Shown here: piece after piece, positions 38,801 to 49,943 of the stretch
Position numbering within the stretch: the stretch's first letter is position 1
Layout: each line of letters opens with the position of its first letter
Assembly: GCF_964355755.1 (NCBI RefSeq)
Contig: NC_092671.1
Coordinates: 37,830,304-37,894,303 of the forward strand
Length of the DNA stretch: 64,000 nt
From: Antedon mediterranea
Lineage: Eukaryota; Animalia; Echinodermata
Reading direction: 5' to 3'
Made by a program: the position numbers and the translations under genes
The notes under the pieces: generated by a model
What the model was told of the DNA's origin: nothing
The model's database searches: none
The model's input: the letters and a program-made list of their open reading frames with translations, nothing else

Positions 38801-40126
38801 GGACGAAGAGGAATGAAATGTCCTGAAAGTAATTCTCATGAAGTGGATTCAGTTGTGTCCTCAAATTCGCTCCTGAAGTCTTCATTGAATTCACGTAGTT
38901 GGTCTGAAGACGAATTTAAGGGAATATATTGTGATATATTAGAAATGTTAATGGCGAAATGCAGTGATATCACTGAAATGCGTACTGAGGATGGAATCAA
39001 TCTAATATCCTGGGCTCAACACTTCAATTTGGAAGATTGTGTTAAAGTAATACTGAAATACCATCATGACAGCCGTCTACATGTTGATCAGTTGTCACCT
39101 GCAGATAAATTTCATGAAATGATCCCAGCTATTGTGAGTCAAATGATGGGTTTGCTTAAACACATAGACTGCAATAACAAGCCGGGTCTATATGATCAGC
39201 AGTATAGTTTTGCTGAAAGACTATCAGAAACGTGCAGCACACTGACAGATGCCATGGAGAATATTAATAATATGGACGAGCCATTTAGCTTTTTTGAAAG
39301 TCTTGTTGACGCCGACGATGTACCAGAAAAGTTACCAACAGACCTAGACAGCTTTATAGTTACTCCGTTTGGTCTTTACAAGCTTGCAGAAAAAATCGAA
39401 GCTGAAAATTGTTTAAACAAGGTGGCAACGTTTCTTGGTGTCACATGTAATAAAATAATCGTCACCCAAGAAGAAAACAAGAATGATAACATTGAGGCGT
39501 CTTATCAAATTCTGCGTTATTGGTACGAATCATTAACAACTGGTGACAGGCGTAGAGTTTTTAGCTTACTTTCAGACGCATTGAACAAATCGGGGTTAAA
39601 TGAAATTGCACGTGACCTGGGTGAACTATTTACAGAAAGAAGACAGTTGTCATCATACAAGAGGATGAAAAGGAAATGTAAATATAGATTAAGAAGAAAG
39701 AGTGAAAGCGAGTTACACAAGAATTTACACAGGCTGGAAGAAAGTTTGGAGTTGCCTGACGTCTTTGAGAATGAACCTCGAACTAATACTGGAATTGATC
39801 AACGCAAACCTATCAAAGTAATCGGAGAGTCCGTAACAAATGACAAATTATTTGTTGAACTTACAGCAGGACATGAACAGACGATTTTAAAAAACAGGGC
39901 TAAATTATCAGTTAACCTTGCTCTCGAAGATGTAGATTTGAAGGCGGTCGAACGTAGATGTAATAATAAACCATCTTTATTTGCAGTCGAACTCCTACGG
40001 AAATGGTTGTTTAAATGGGGAGGAGGTGCAACAGTGAATCGTTTAATCTTGGCATTTAAAGACTCCGGACTCCACGACGTCACTAACAACATTAAGCTTA
40101 TTGGGGGAGCCTACTCTACTCTGTAG
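35876..40126 (+). CDS. Ankyrin-repeat protein with two C-terminal death domains (about 1416 aa), intronless CDS
   Basis: 4.25-kb ORF; first ATG at 35876, just after a ttccag acceptor. Many ankyrin repeats (GYTPLMCATLRGSIAMCQLLMRHGADVN, GNTPLIESC...LLDAGADVN). Two death-fold-like segments: about 39359-39619 (LYKLAEKI...VATFLGV...SYQILRYWYE...LSDALNKSGLNEIA) and about 39833-40095 (...AVELLRKWLFKWGGGATVNRLILAFKDSGLHDV). Confidence 0.93.
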   Translation: MGKNLSRQLLSAIENGELCIELQDALRDKDYKTVFDVLLSNNSYSDDKSLYISLVLHFCIKCKFRQQIQVLLKKTSKHLQKCHLNSLCMLASEEGCLSSVRVLCDYGANINALSPNSYTALAYAVKYKHSDITAFLLSNGADCNVTDDHKNTALIHAIGNRNDASTVSLILDNKADVSVCNVRNRNALFYAVYENMIEVVRMLLARGANVNSADDQGTTALMVSSFHGYVHITEVLVSKGAYVEMEDNEGFSALICAVQNKQYSVIQPLVTHYSIMKSRNTHIMQALKYAVENDSSKTVKILLDVYNSITNPQLIQLLTLALEHASGKDVVKSVVSQFKDLLFYAASNPRHEAVLKLLIDNEIPMDYFDSQGNSVLIYAVARGSLTMLNDLLRANVSDIKTKNLYQQDALLFSVSVDDVAKAEALIRCNADVNSVEENGYTPLMCATLRGSIAMCQLLMRHGADVNMEEVEGFTALMAASQNNHVEVVKELLVHEVEVQKKNVYGHDALFKAVQNNNHEVVSVLLQHGASVNSVDNCGNTPLIESCRVSGSITTLKMLLDAGADVNDPGEYKLTAVMWACKTGSTEITKLLLSHGANLELIDDSSRDAFHIAVYHGHFDIAEIILQQSRECLDRKDNRSNTPLITACYRENVECVKMLLQNGASIQSVNKKGYTAIMFAIQLGNDRLVKMLLDELNYLYEIGMCTDSDYQSHTDNPFTNGINLISFAAYKEQHHLIRMLSFSKNDRKHIFVHQSENYVDVYACAGLSENAEVLKNVLYNDPNVLCRPVKIDQLVTAFEDSCAANDIESLVELDRTSNIKMLPVLKAVGCAAAKRDSIRIVRALLQLPNCRNDEKFISLIMLISCLYGSESVMTLLVKMSANVNISFAPRCETPLAVALMFRPDNVTNIISILAPVSDLSKCFSLAISDQYPVDVTILMFASLTGNIAAVSSLLEHGASVDQTTVFGLGAVHFCLFGRRGMKCPESNSHEVDSVVSSNSLLKSSLNSRSWSEDEFKGIYCDILEMLMAKCSDITEMRTEDGINLISWAQHFNLEDCVKVILKYHHDSRLHVDQLSPADKFHEMIPAIVSQMMGLLKHIDCNNKPGLYDQQYSFAERLSETCSTLTDAMENINNMDEPFSFFESLVDADDVPEKLPTDLDSFIVTPFGLYKLAEKIEAENCLNKVATFLGVTCNKIIVTQEENKNDNIEASYQILRYWYESLTTGDRRRVFSLLSDALNKSGLNEIARDLGELFTERRQLSSYKRMKRKCKYRLRRKSESELHKNLHRLEESLELPDVFENEPRTNTGIDQRKPIKVIGESVTNDKLFVELTAGHEQTILKNRAKLSVNLALEDVDLKAVERRCNNKPSLFAVELLRKWLFKWGGGATVNRLILAFKDSGLHDVTNNIKLIGGAYSTL

Positions 40127-41020
40127 ACTAAATCAGGAGAACTCGCTCTGTACCATCAGGGAAACTTGATCTACCATCAGTAAAACGTGCTCTACTATGT
40201 AGACCTAATCGAGGGAACTTGCTCTACCATCATGGAAGCTTACTCTACTCTGTAGACCTAATCAGTGAAACTTGCTCTACCATCAGAGAAGCTTGCTCTA
40301 CTCTGTAGACCTGATCAGGGGAACTTGCTCTACCATCAGAGAAGCTTGCTCTACTCTGTAGACCTGATCAGGGGAACTTGCTTTATTATCGGAGAAGCTT
40401 GCTCTACTCTGTAGACCTGATCAGGGGGAACTTGCTCTATTATCGGGGAAGCTTGCTCTACTCTGTAGACCAGATCAAGGGAACTTGCTCTACCATCAGG
40501 GAAGCTTGCTCTACTCTGTAGACCTAATCAGAGGAACTTGCTCTACCATCAGGTGAGCTTGCTGTAGAACTGTACCATCAGGGAAGCTTGCTCTACTCTG
40601 TATACCTGATAAGGGGAACTCGCTGTACTATCAGGTGAGCTTGCTGTAAAACTAATCAGGGAAACTCGCTGCGCCATCAGGAGCTTGCTGTAGAACTAAT
40701 CAGGGGAACTCGCTGCACCATCAGGAGCTTGCTGTAGACCACATAATCAGGGGAACTCGCTGCACCATCAGCAGCTTGCTGTAGACCTAATGAGGAGAAC
40801 TCGCTGCACCATCAGGAACTTGCTCTACTCTGTAGACCTGATCTGAGGAAGTCGCTGTACCATAAGGAACGCTTGCCTACCCTGTAGACCTGATGAGGGG
40901 AACTCGCTGTACCATCAGGGGAGTTTGCTGTAGACCTAACCAGGGGAACTCGCTCTACTATCAGGAAAGCTTGCTCTATACTCTGTAGACCTGATCAGGG
41001 GAACTCGCTTTACCGTCAGG
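40100..41020. repeat. Degenerate minisatellite of about 54 bp overlapping the stop codon and 3'UTR of the ankyrin-DD gene
   Basis: Unit approximately GCTCTACTCTGTAGACCTGATCAGGGGAACTTGCTCTACCATCAGGGAAGCTT, with shorter variants. Confidence 0.93.
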
Positions 41021-41142
41021 CAAGGTCACTACCCATTTACTCAACCCGTGGCCTAAACATTTGATATAATTTGGAAAGAAGACTTTTTTAAAGAATATCA
41101 TGTCCGTATTTCAGAATAATTTCTATATATCTTTACCACTAA

Positions 41143-41334
41143 AGCGTGGTTCCCACTAGCGACGCAACACAAGGACGTAACGCAACGCAAGTGAATTGAC
41201 CAATCACAAGCGATGGCTTATTCGCTTGTGATTGCTAACTGTCTATAACTTCGCTTGTCATTGGTTAAAACGTTTGCGTTGCGTTTACGTCCTTGCGTTA
41301 CATTCTAGCGTTACGTTCTAGTGGGAACCAAGCT
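41143..41334. mobile_element. MITE family B (TWA-flanked)
   Basis: taa|AGCGTGGTTCCCACTAG ... CTAGTGGGAACCAAGCT|tta; near-identical copy at 60653-60827 and a relative at 44043-44231. Confidence 0.85.
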
Positions 41335-42112
41335 TTAAGTATAACTTTTACTGGACGAGTACTGGCTAGTATTCATTAAAAAAAACCAATACCGGTAACT
41401 AGCAATAATGATGTCTTTCCGCTTTTTTGCTGGAGACAGACGGTAGTGTTAACTCAGTTTGACACCAACACAATGTACAAATATACTTATTTATTAAATT
41501 AAAAGCTACAAACCTTTCTATAAGTTTATGGACACTTAAAAATGAACGCAATAACTATTTATATTTTCATATGGTATTTTTAATATTAAGATTGTAACGT
41601 TTATTTTACCTCATTCTAATTATATAGCGAGTTATAAACCTTAAATCTAGATTGGAGGTTTTCTTTTTAATTCAAAACTTTGTATTTGTTGAACACAGTA
41701 TTTTGTAGTATTAAATATAAGAAGGAATTCGCCTGTTGCCACTTAACTGCCACTTCTTTGCGTTCTTTTTACACGAATACAATACGAGTTAAAGTATTCA
41801 TCATAATAATATGAACGTGTTACCTTTGTTTTTTGGCAAATAAACATGTCATAATGTTTCATAATTTTATTCGTAACGGAAAACAATATTTTTATATTAC
41901 CGGAACTTAAAATATCTCTATAGGCCTATTTACAGACAGTTATACAAAACGAAAGTTATACCTATACTCAACGGTTATACCAATTAGATATCGCTCATAA
42001 ATTCCATTATTACAAATTATTGTAAAATGTCAGCATCTAACACCTCGAATAATTACGGTGGTATGAATAAAGAATGAGATAAATCGAATAAATTACACGT
42101 AATGTCATAATA

Positions 42113-42484
42113 GATCACGTGAGAATTAATAACATAGATGGATATTACACGAATTGGAATCAGTTTAAACGTTAATATTATCTTATTATTAATGTAGCGT
42201 ATTTTCTGCACTTGTACCACTGTCGAACCTGACGAGTGCAATATAATAAATAAATGCATTGACGATGACGAAAGCTATAGTAAGAACAAAATAAGTTGAT
42301 TTGTTCAGATCACGTGAGCATTAATAACACAATGGATATTATACGAATTGGAGTCGGTTTAAAAGTTAATAATAGTAAATACTGTATTGACAATAATGTC
42401 CACTATCGAACGGTGCAATATAATGAATAAATGCATTGGGCGATGACGAAAGTTTAGTGAGAGCTAAATAAGTTGATTTGTTCA
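42113..42484. repeat. Diverged tandem duplication (about 195-bp period) in the 3'UTR of the 493-aa gene
   Basis: Two copies of GATCACGTGAG...ATGGATATTAYACGAATTGGA...ATAAATGCATTG...AAATAAGTTGATTTGTTCA. Confidence 0.8.
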
Positions 42485-42494
42485 TAATTAAATA

Positions 42495-43976
42495 TTATAC
42501 TATGTCTGTAATTCCAGGGAGGAAAATGTGAATCGATTTAGTGTTCTCCGTGCAGTCGTCACTAACGATCGGTGAGCTCGTGGTGGCACTGTACGAGGAG
42601 TCTACAGAGTCTCGCCAGCCAATCGGGGTGTTGGCTGGTGTGTATGGCTCACACTCCTCAACATGATAAAATGAATGTACTAGTTGTTCGGTAACGTTAT
42701 CTTCTAAGTCACTCATTAAAGAATTTTCTCTCGTAGTTTTACTTGTTTTCATTTGTAACCGAGCAATATTAGGTGTCTGGTTTTTGGCGCCCGCGCGGTA
42801 TAGTCTCGGTAATCCAGACTCTTGCTGATGGTGCTTTCCATTGCCTCCATTCCAGTCGTTTACGCTTAATTCGTAAGGTTGTAATAGACCTCTTTTAAAT
42901 GCTATCGTAGCTGCTGTCCGAGGGCTTGTTCTACCCGGTGAATATTCTCCCCAGCTTGCATAAGGTTCGTATGAATTGGAGCATATTTCATCAAGAAATA
43001 GCGGAACGCAGTGAGGGGGGACACGTTTATGAATCGAATGTCTACATTCATCATGTATGTCGTCTGTTCGATGCGTTTTCAAATCGTGATCATTTCCTGT
43101 GAATTTGGTTTTCCGGTAACTTTTAGCTTGCGAGTTTAAGATATTTAGACGCTGTCTTTGTTGCGTCACACGCTCGTTTCTTAAGTTTGAATTTGTTACC
43201 GAATAAGAAGAGACCGTACTCGGATGTTTCAAATTATTGTCCGGAAAAATCCGAGGTTCGTTCGATCGTCTGTTCGGTTGTGATCTCGTCATCATTGTAA
43301 ACCCGAGTTTTGAATCGGTTCGTAATTGTCGATGTCGAGTGCCATTTTTAGATGATTTTGGAAGTTTATATAAAGGTACTGTTTGTCTTGGATTGCTTGT
43401 CTTTTTATGTGTGTTTTGAACATCATCTTGTTTTGACGTCATGCCCTCGTTTTCATCTAATTTAATGTTAACCATCTTCATTATATTGTACATGTTTAAC
43501 TTATCAGGATCTTGTACGCTTATGACGTCATCATTTACACTTCTATTATCCTGATGCGTTAAAGCAGGTTCTGTTGCGCGCGCTGATTCTGTTTTGGACT
43601 TTTCTGTATCAGTTTTAATTGGACTATTCGTAATGTTTTCTCCAGCATACTTTCTCATTTCATTTGTATTTTCTCCGTTTCCGTCGTCGCTCATAACAAG
43701 GTGTTCAATATGTTCAAACCTCTTTCTAAAACTGTTCTGTCTATCTTTGAGTGAACCCATATACCGTACACCTGAACCAATGGGAAGGCTGCTTCGTGTA
43801 ACTGCCAACACTGGATACTGTCGTTCGCTCGAGTATCCGAGCGCCTTCTGTGATGTTAGATCTGTGATTATGCATGAGTTATGTCCATCTACGCCTTCCA
43901 TTGGTTGTTGTTGAATGCTGGTAATTTGCATTGCGGGACAATTTATTGATGATTTTAAGGCGAAACACGTTGACAT
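42495..43976 (-). CDS. Uncharacterised protein of about 493 aa, predicted disordered, single coding exon
   Basis: 1.5-kb ORF. Minus-strand acceptor gtttcag at 43986-43992 followed by AGC AAT AAC ATG, so the likely start is 43976 and the first 13 codons of the ORF-track call are intronic. Low-complexity S/T/N/R-rich; ends KSIHIFLPGITDIV. Confidence 0.8.
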   Translation of the reverse strand: MSTCFALKSSINCPAMQITSIQQQPMEGVDGHNSCIITDLTSQKALGYSSERQYPVLAVTRSSLPIGSGVRYMGSLKDRQNSFRKRFEHIEHLVMSDDGNGENTNEMRKYAGENITNSPIKTDTEKSKTESARATEPALTHQDNRSVNDDVISVQDPDKLNMYNIMKMVNIKLDENEGMTSKQDDVQNTHKKTSNPRQTVPLYKLPKSSKNGTRHRQLRTDSKLGFTMMTRSQPNRRSNEPRIFPDNNLKHPSTVSSYSVTNSNLRNERVTQQRQRLNILNSQAKSYRKTKFTGNDHDLKTHRTDDIHDECRHSIHKRVPPHCVPLFLDEICSNSYEPYASWGEYSPGRTSPRTAATIAFKRGLLQPYELSVNDWNGGNGKHHQQESGLPRLYRAGAKNQTPNIARLQMKTSKTTRENSLMSDLEDNVTEQLVHSFYHVEECEPYTPANTPIGWRDSVDSSYSATTSSPIVSDDCTENTKSIHIFLPGITDIV

Positions 43977-44042
43977 GTTATTGCTCTGAAACGTAAACAT
44001 GAAAATATTAGAATAAAAAAACATGCGTGTTGTTTTCCGTAA

Positions 44043-44231
44043 AGCGTGGTTCCCACTGGCGGCGTAACGTAACGCAACCTACGCAACGTAAGAAAATGCC
44101 CTTCCAATAATTGTGTGAAATCAAACCTACGATGTTCTGCAGCACTATTGGGTCGTCGGTTCCCACTTTTGATTACGCAATACATCACGTTGTGTCGATA
44201 CGTTACGTTGCGTTCTTTTAGGAACCACGCT
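44043..44231. mobile_element. MITE related to family B (same TIR, different interior)
   Basis: taa|AGCGTGGTTCCCACT ... GGAACCACGCT|tta. Confidence 0.75.
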
Positions 44232-44777
44232 TTAGCCCACCTTAATACTAAGATTTTCAGTACCCTTCTTTTCGATTTAACGGGACACACAGAGGAAAGC
44301 TTTTGATTTGTGTTATTTGCAATAAATGCGGATTCACACCTGTGGTTCAATTTCGACATCTATTACGTCAATTAATTGGCGTTATCACCTTAAATCTAGG
44401 AGGGGCTAGGCAATTGTTTGGCATGACTGTTTACCATGTAAACACATTTGAAGTGTTACAAACCAATAAATCCAAATATTTTGCACAGTAATTGATGACT
44501 TTGTAGCTTTTTAACTCAGTATTACCTATTTGGAATTGTAGGTCCTTTTTACAGGAAACAAATTTAATTTTTAAGTTGAGTTGTGAAGTTACGATTGTTT
44601 AGTACAAGATAAGGATAAACAAACCGGCTTGTCAAAACACAGATTTGATGGATTGTTCTATTTGAATACAGTTACAAGTTGGTAAATATGATCATAACTT
44701 TATCAAAAAGAGATTGCCTAAATTCAAGTTCCCAAATATTATAGTACAGTACTCTCTAGTTGTCACATATCTCTCAT

Positions 44778-45280
44778 AATATACTCGATAAAGCCTCGTC
44801 GCCTCGTGAAATACAGTACTCGATAAAACCTCGTCACATAATCCATATAACATTGCCACATACTTGATAAAACCTCGTCACATACTCGATAAGACCTCGT
44901 CACATACTCGACAAAACCTCGTCACATACTCGATAAAACCTCGTCACATACTCGATAAAACCTCGTCACATACTCGATAAAACCTCGTCACATACTCGAT
45001 AAAACCTCGTCACATACTCGATAAAGCCTCGTCGCTTCGTCACATACTCGATAAAGCCTCTTCGCTTCGTCACATACTCGATACAACCTCGTCACATACT
45101 CGATACAACCTCGTCACATACTCGATAAAGCCTCGTCGCTTCGTCACATACTCGATAAAGCCTCTTCGCTTCGTCACATACTCGATAAAACCTCGTCACA
45201 TTCTCCATACAACCTTACCATATAGGCCTACTAGATAAACCTCATCACATACTCGAGAAAATCTCGTCACATACTCGATC
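44778..45280. repeat. 22-bp minisatellite with 30-bp variants
   Basis: (CTCGATAAAACCTCGTCACATA)n. Confidence 0.95.
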
Positions 45281-48200
45281 ACACATTTAGGCCTACGTTA
45301 TGAAATGAATAGATCCTCATTCATACAGATACAACAACGCAATACTGTATGTGTATGTTGAATCTGTTCTTTCGGTTCACCTTGGACTACTGATAATATT
45401 AATGCTAACGAACAATAGAAGTCATGGTGTTGTTGACGCTCGAGATCTTCTTCTTATTGTCTATCTTCGATCCTGGATTAACTCGAGTAATTAAATGAAA
45501 GAAATCACTTGCACATCGGGCAAAATGGTACCAGTTTATAATAATTAGTCATTTCGCCCTATTCATGGTCTGTGACAAACATTAATGTAACCCGGTGTGT
45601 GCAGGCCTATCAAGTGTAAAAAGGTGTGAAATCACTGAATAGCATATGACAGCTTGAATATGTCATGCTTACATACATTAATTTATATTGATGTATCGTG
45701 TTTAACCAAATTAATCTGATATCAATGTACACCATGGCTACGTACGCGCGTTGTTACTAGCATTGGAAACAATATTTATAACCATTTTATTCGAAGATAG
45801 GTCGAAGCATATAATTTTTCATCGTAGTTTTAATAAAGGTATGCCTTTATTGTATAGGCCTAACGGTATTGGCAATAAATGTATTTCTGAGAAGAAATAT
45901 TTTGTGTAGATTATATATAATTTATTATTTAATACGTAAGTCCATGCTATTTGATGCGCACGTTATCACAATGCGTGAATTAGGCCTACTGGATGAAATA
46001 GGTCCGAAATATGTCCGATTAATTATCATTCTTTCAAGACAAATCAATACAATAGTTGTCTAAAATAATAATTTGAGGTGTAAAAAGCAAATCTTACCCG
46101 CCCTTCTGCATCATACAGCTGACCAAGGTACAGAGGCCTATTGAAAATTGGAATAATACGACAGCAGAAATCACGTCAGTGTGTTTAGATACACTATCTT
46201 ATACAAAATGCCTGGTCTCGCTTCACTTTCAATCGATTTTAAAACAAGTGACGTTCTCGGCCTTCCGCGAAAAAAAAAACCAATTTATGGACATGCGCAT
46301 TGCGGATAGTCGGTGCTGAGTGTACTATGAAAGAATTCTTCTTCGTGGAATTACATTATAAGACACGATTGGTGATTTAATTTCTCCATTTTAATAATTA
46401 TTTTAACTGACTTGACTAATGTTTTCAAACAATTTAGCACTTTAGATTTTTTTTACTGGAATCTTGTTCTTTTTGATATAGGCAGACCCGACTCAAGATC
46501 CTGTATCTTTCTGGGATCTTGCCTTCTTCCTTCCCCCAGATTTCTTAGATGTTATTTTTTATTCATTCCATTATTGTTTAAATCTTAAAAGGAAGTAAAT
46601 AAATGTTATTTTGAATTGAATAGGCCTATGTTATGCTAACAAAACACTTGAGATATTAGATTTGTATTTATATAGGCCTACCTTTCACTTTTTTAATTTC
46701 TTGAGCTTTCGGCTGGATGTTATCGTCGTACAAAGTTCGATACGTCGTCTTATTATCTTTTATAATATTAAATGCAATATTCCATAGTTCTTTATTCATT
46801 CTCCCTTCGTTTAAAATGTCAAGCACGCTTGTTAAACCATTGCAAAATCTACGTCTGTTCACGTGGATATAATAAGACAGAGAAACAACCAGTTGGCCAT
46901 GACACGGTAGATAGATATTTCTTTTAGATTACTACAAATTTGATTCGACTATTTAATACGTAAGTCGACTATTGCGGCGCGCACGTCATCATAATGCGTG
47001 AATTACTGGATGAAATCTACGTCTGTTTACGTGGAAAAAATAAGACAGAGAAACAACCAGTTGGCCATGAAACGGTAATGATGGTTTTATCAGTCCTGGA
47101 AATGACGTTTCTTGAACAAAAGGTTTGGTGGAAATTATCGTTTATGGTCATGCGTAGCATATGCACAATTTAATATGTGTATGATTGATAGCGATAAGAC
47201 GGAAATTTTATAATACTGCACCCGAAGTAAAAGCATATTAAAATTCTAGCTGCCATCGATCAGCTTGCAGACGAAAATAAATGATACAAAAGAAATCAAA
47301 TTATATAAGCAACGAACATGCACAAAACCAGAATTTTGACTTCAGTTATATTATTAATTGTACGGCTATATATTTATAACTGTCTTCACAACTTTCGCGG
47401 TGAAGTTAATTTTATAAATTTGCAGCAATATTACATAATTTTGATCCAAGTTTTCAGGGAATAGTTCGTGCGAATCAAACGATGGTCTCTGATTGCGCTT
47501 TTTTTTACAATAAATATTTTTCATCCATGGGTTCCAAATTATTGCATGACCATACCACCTGTATACAGTTTGTATTATTTAGTGAATTACCAATGTTAAT
47601 GTGTGTTACGTTATTTGTGGTATATTCGCACGATCTGAATATCACCGGCTCTTCAATAAGTTCCACGCAAATAGTTCGCGCGAATATCAAACACTATGGT
47701 TCTTGATTGCGAATTTTTTCGCGCCACAAAATATATATGAAAATATGAAAACAAATGCGTATTTATAGCCAACGCGTCCAAAGCACGAATTCACTAAAGC
47801 TCTGTCTACACTATCAAACTTTATGTGACATAAACATGTGATGTGCCCATATATGGACATGATGATGTCACAGCACTGCCATATTTGGGCACATTATACT
47901 TTTTTGTCAAACTATTTTGATAGTGCAGACAGAGCTTTAGTGGAAAACAGGCTTTAGTATAAAATTAAAGCCTGTTTTCCTGTTATGTTTATTCGTATTT
48001 ATGTGTCTGCATGGTGTCATTTAAAAAGAACAATAATAATTTAAATAGACCTACTCAAAGACAACATATTATTAAAGTTAGCAACGTGGTGTCTGAGAAA
48101 GTGATACCTGCTCACAATAATGTGCCCATGCATATGATGACATTAATTACGGGTTTGAGACTAACAATGTAAGATAGACTGTAGAAAACATGTCGAGTTT

Positions 48201-48751
48201 CTGTTTTTTACAGTCAACACATGTTTTACACAGGTAAATTACGATTACATATAAATTAAGTTTTAAAACTTCAAGCTCTGTCTACACTATCAAGCTCATT
48301 TAAGCATACCACTATGGGCACATCACACTAGTTTGATAGTGTATAGAGCTTAAATCTATTAATTATCAAACTTTTTGTGACAAAAAAAGTGATGTGACCA
48401 TATATGAACATGATGATGGCTTATCACTACAATATTTGGGCATATCACTACCATATTTTGGCATATCACTACCATATTTTGGCACATCACTTTGTCAAAC
48501 TAGTTTGATAGTGTAGACAGAGCTTTAAGTTTCAAAATATGTTTGGAAACTTACCTGCTAAGCAAATTTGGATTCACGCTAGCGATCATAGAACATGTTG
48601 CTTCCAAGGAAACATAATGTCATATGGATTTAATGTCAATATGTCAATTCAACAAAATATTAGCATTAGGACTGACGCTCTTGACTGATCGATGACAAGA
48701 TAACATGTTTATTATAATTGTTCAAATATGAGCACAAAATAATTTAGTAGT

Positions 48752-48925
48752 GGAGCTGTAGCTTGGTGGTTAACGTGCTTGCCTTCTAATCCCAGGGTAC
48801 AGGGTTCAATCCTGACCTAGTGCCGGGGTTCAATCCTGACCTGGTGCCAGGGGTCAATCCTGACCTAGTACCGGGGTTTAATCCTGACCTAGTGCCAGGG
48901 TTCAATCCTAACTAGTACCCAGGGT
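48752..48925 (+). mobile_element. tRNA-derived SINE head with the B-box segment tandemly repeated five times
   Basis: A box TAGCTTGGTGG; five 24-bp units RGGGTTCAATCCTGACCTAGTGCC at 48801-48920. Confidence 0.65.
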
Positions 48926-49943
48926 TGTAACTCTCGAATTTGTCAACTCCACTCCCTAAACTTCAAATGAGATTTAGTTTATAAGCACGATACATGATAA
49001 AATCCATCCTGTAATTGGTGAGTGTGTGCACGCTGTTGGATGCGTATGAATTTTTTTTTTAAAGAAAAGGTAATGGTAACGGCCAAAAATTGTATTATTT
49101 CGTTTAAAAAGTGAATTCCCTCATTATATTGACTACTTCTAATGCACTATATTTAGCCAGGTTTTATTTGTCTTGATTTTAAAATATTTTAATGAAAATT
49201 ATTTCAAACCAATAAAAAACAAAGCAATATGGCTGTGTCGCGCGTGCTCAAATTTGAGTTATTGTTTACCGACCGACATAGTGAGCTGTAGAGTCGCGTT
49301 TGCGACTAAAAACCCCGTTATAATACCAGATAAAGGAAGATGCTGTTTTTATTGTTGCGAAATTAATTGAACACAATAAATTTTATTCGTTTAGAAAATT
49401 AACTTTTTTAATATCTTCCTGAAATATGTAACATCTGAGTCCATAGTGCATAGAGACTATATGTATTATGCGATATACAAATTTACAACCATTAACCATT
49501 AAATAAAGTCGCCTCAATCCATACTTTAACTCGTGACTGTGTTGACTATTTGGCACCAACGGCCGCCCATAATGCTATGTTACCGAAGTTAATATTTAGC
49601 ATATTAAACATTGCCAATGTATATAATATTAACCCTATGGACATAATCGCCAACTCATTATTTTAACAGATGATGATGGAATAAACTTCGTTTATCAATG
49701 CGATAGGATCAAAACACGTGTAAATTTATCTAGTAATAACCATACCTATCTAGATAACAACATCGTATTATCTTTATTTCAAATAAGTTTCACTAAAAAT
49801 ATTTGCAAATCAACGCCATATTATGCATGGTAAATATAATTAGTTAATATTTGTGAAGAGCAGCGGTAATTTCGTTTCCATAAATGAATTTAGGCTTAAT
49901 CAGGGGCAGATTTAATGGACATCCCTAAATGTCGCAAATTGTA

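Noticed and set aside
37090-40092. Antisense ORFs inside the ankyrin gene, and similar ones opposite the other long ORFs
   Set aside because: Shadow ORFs of real coding sequence, short and without recognisable features.
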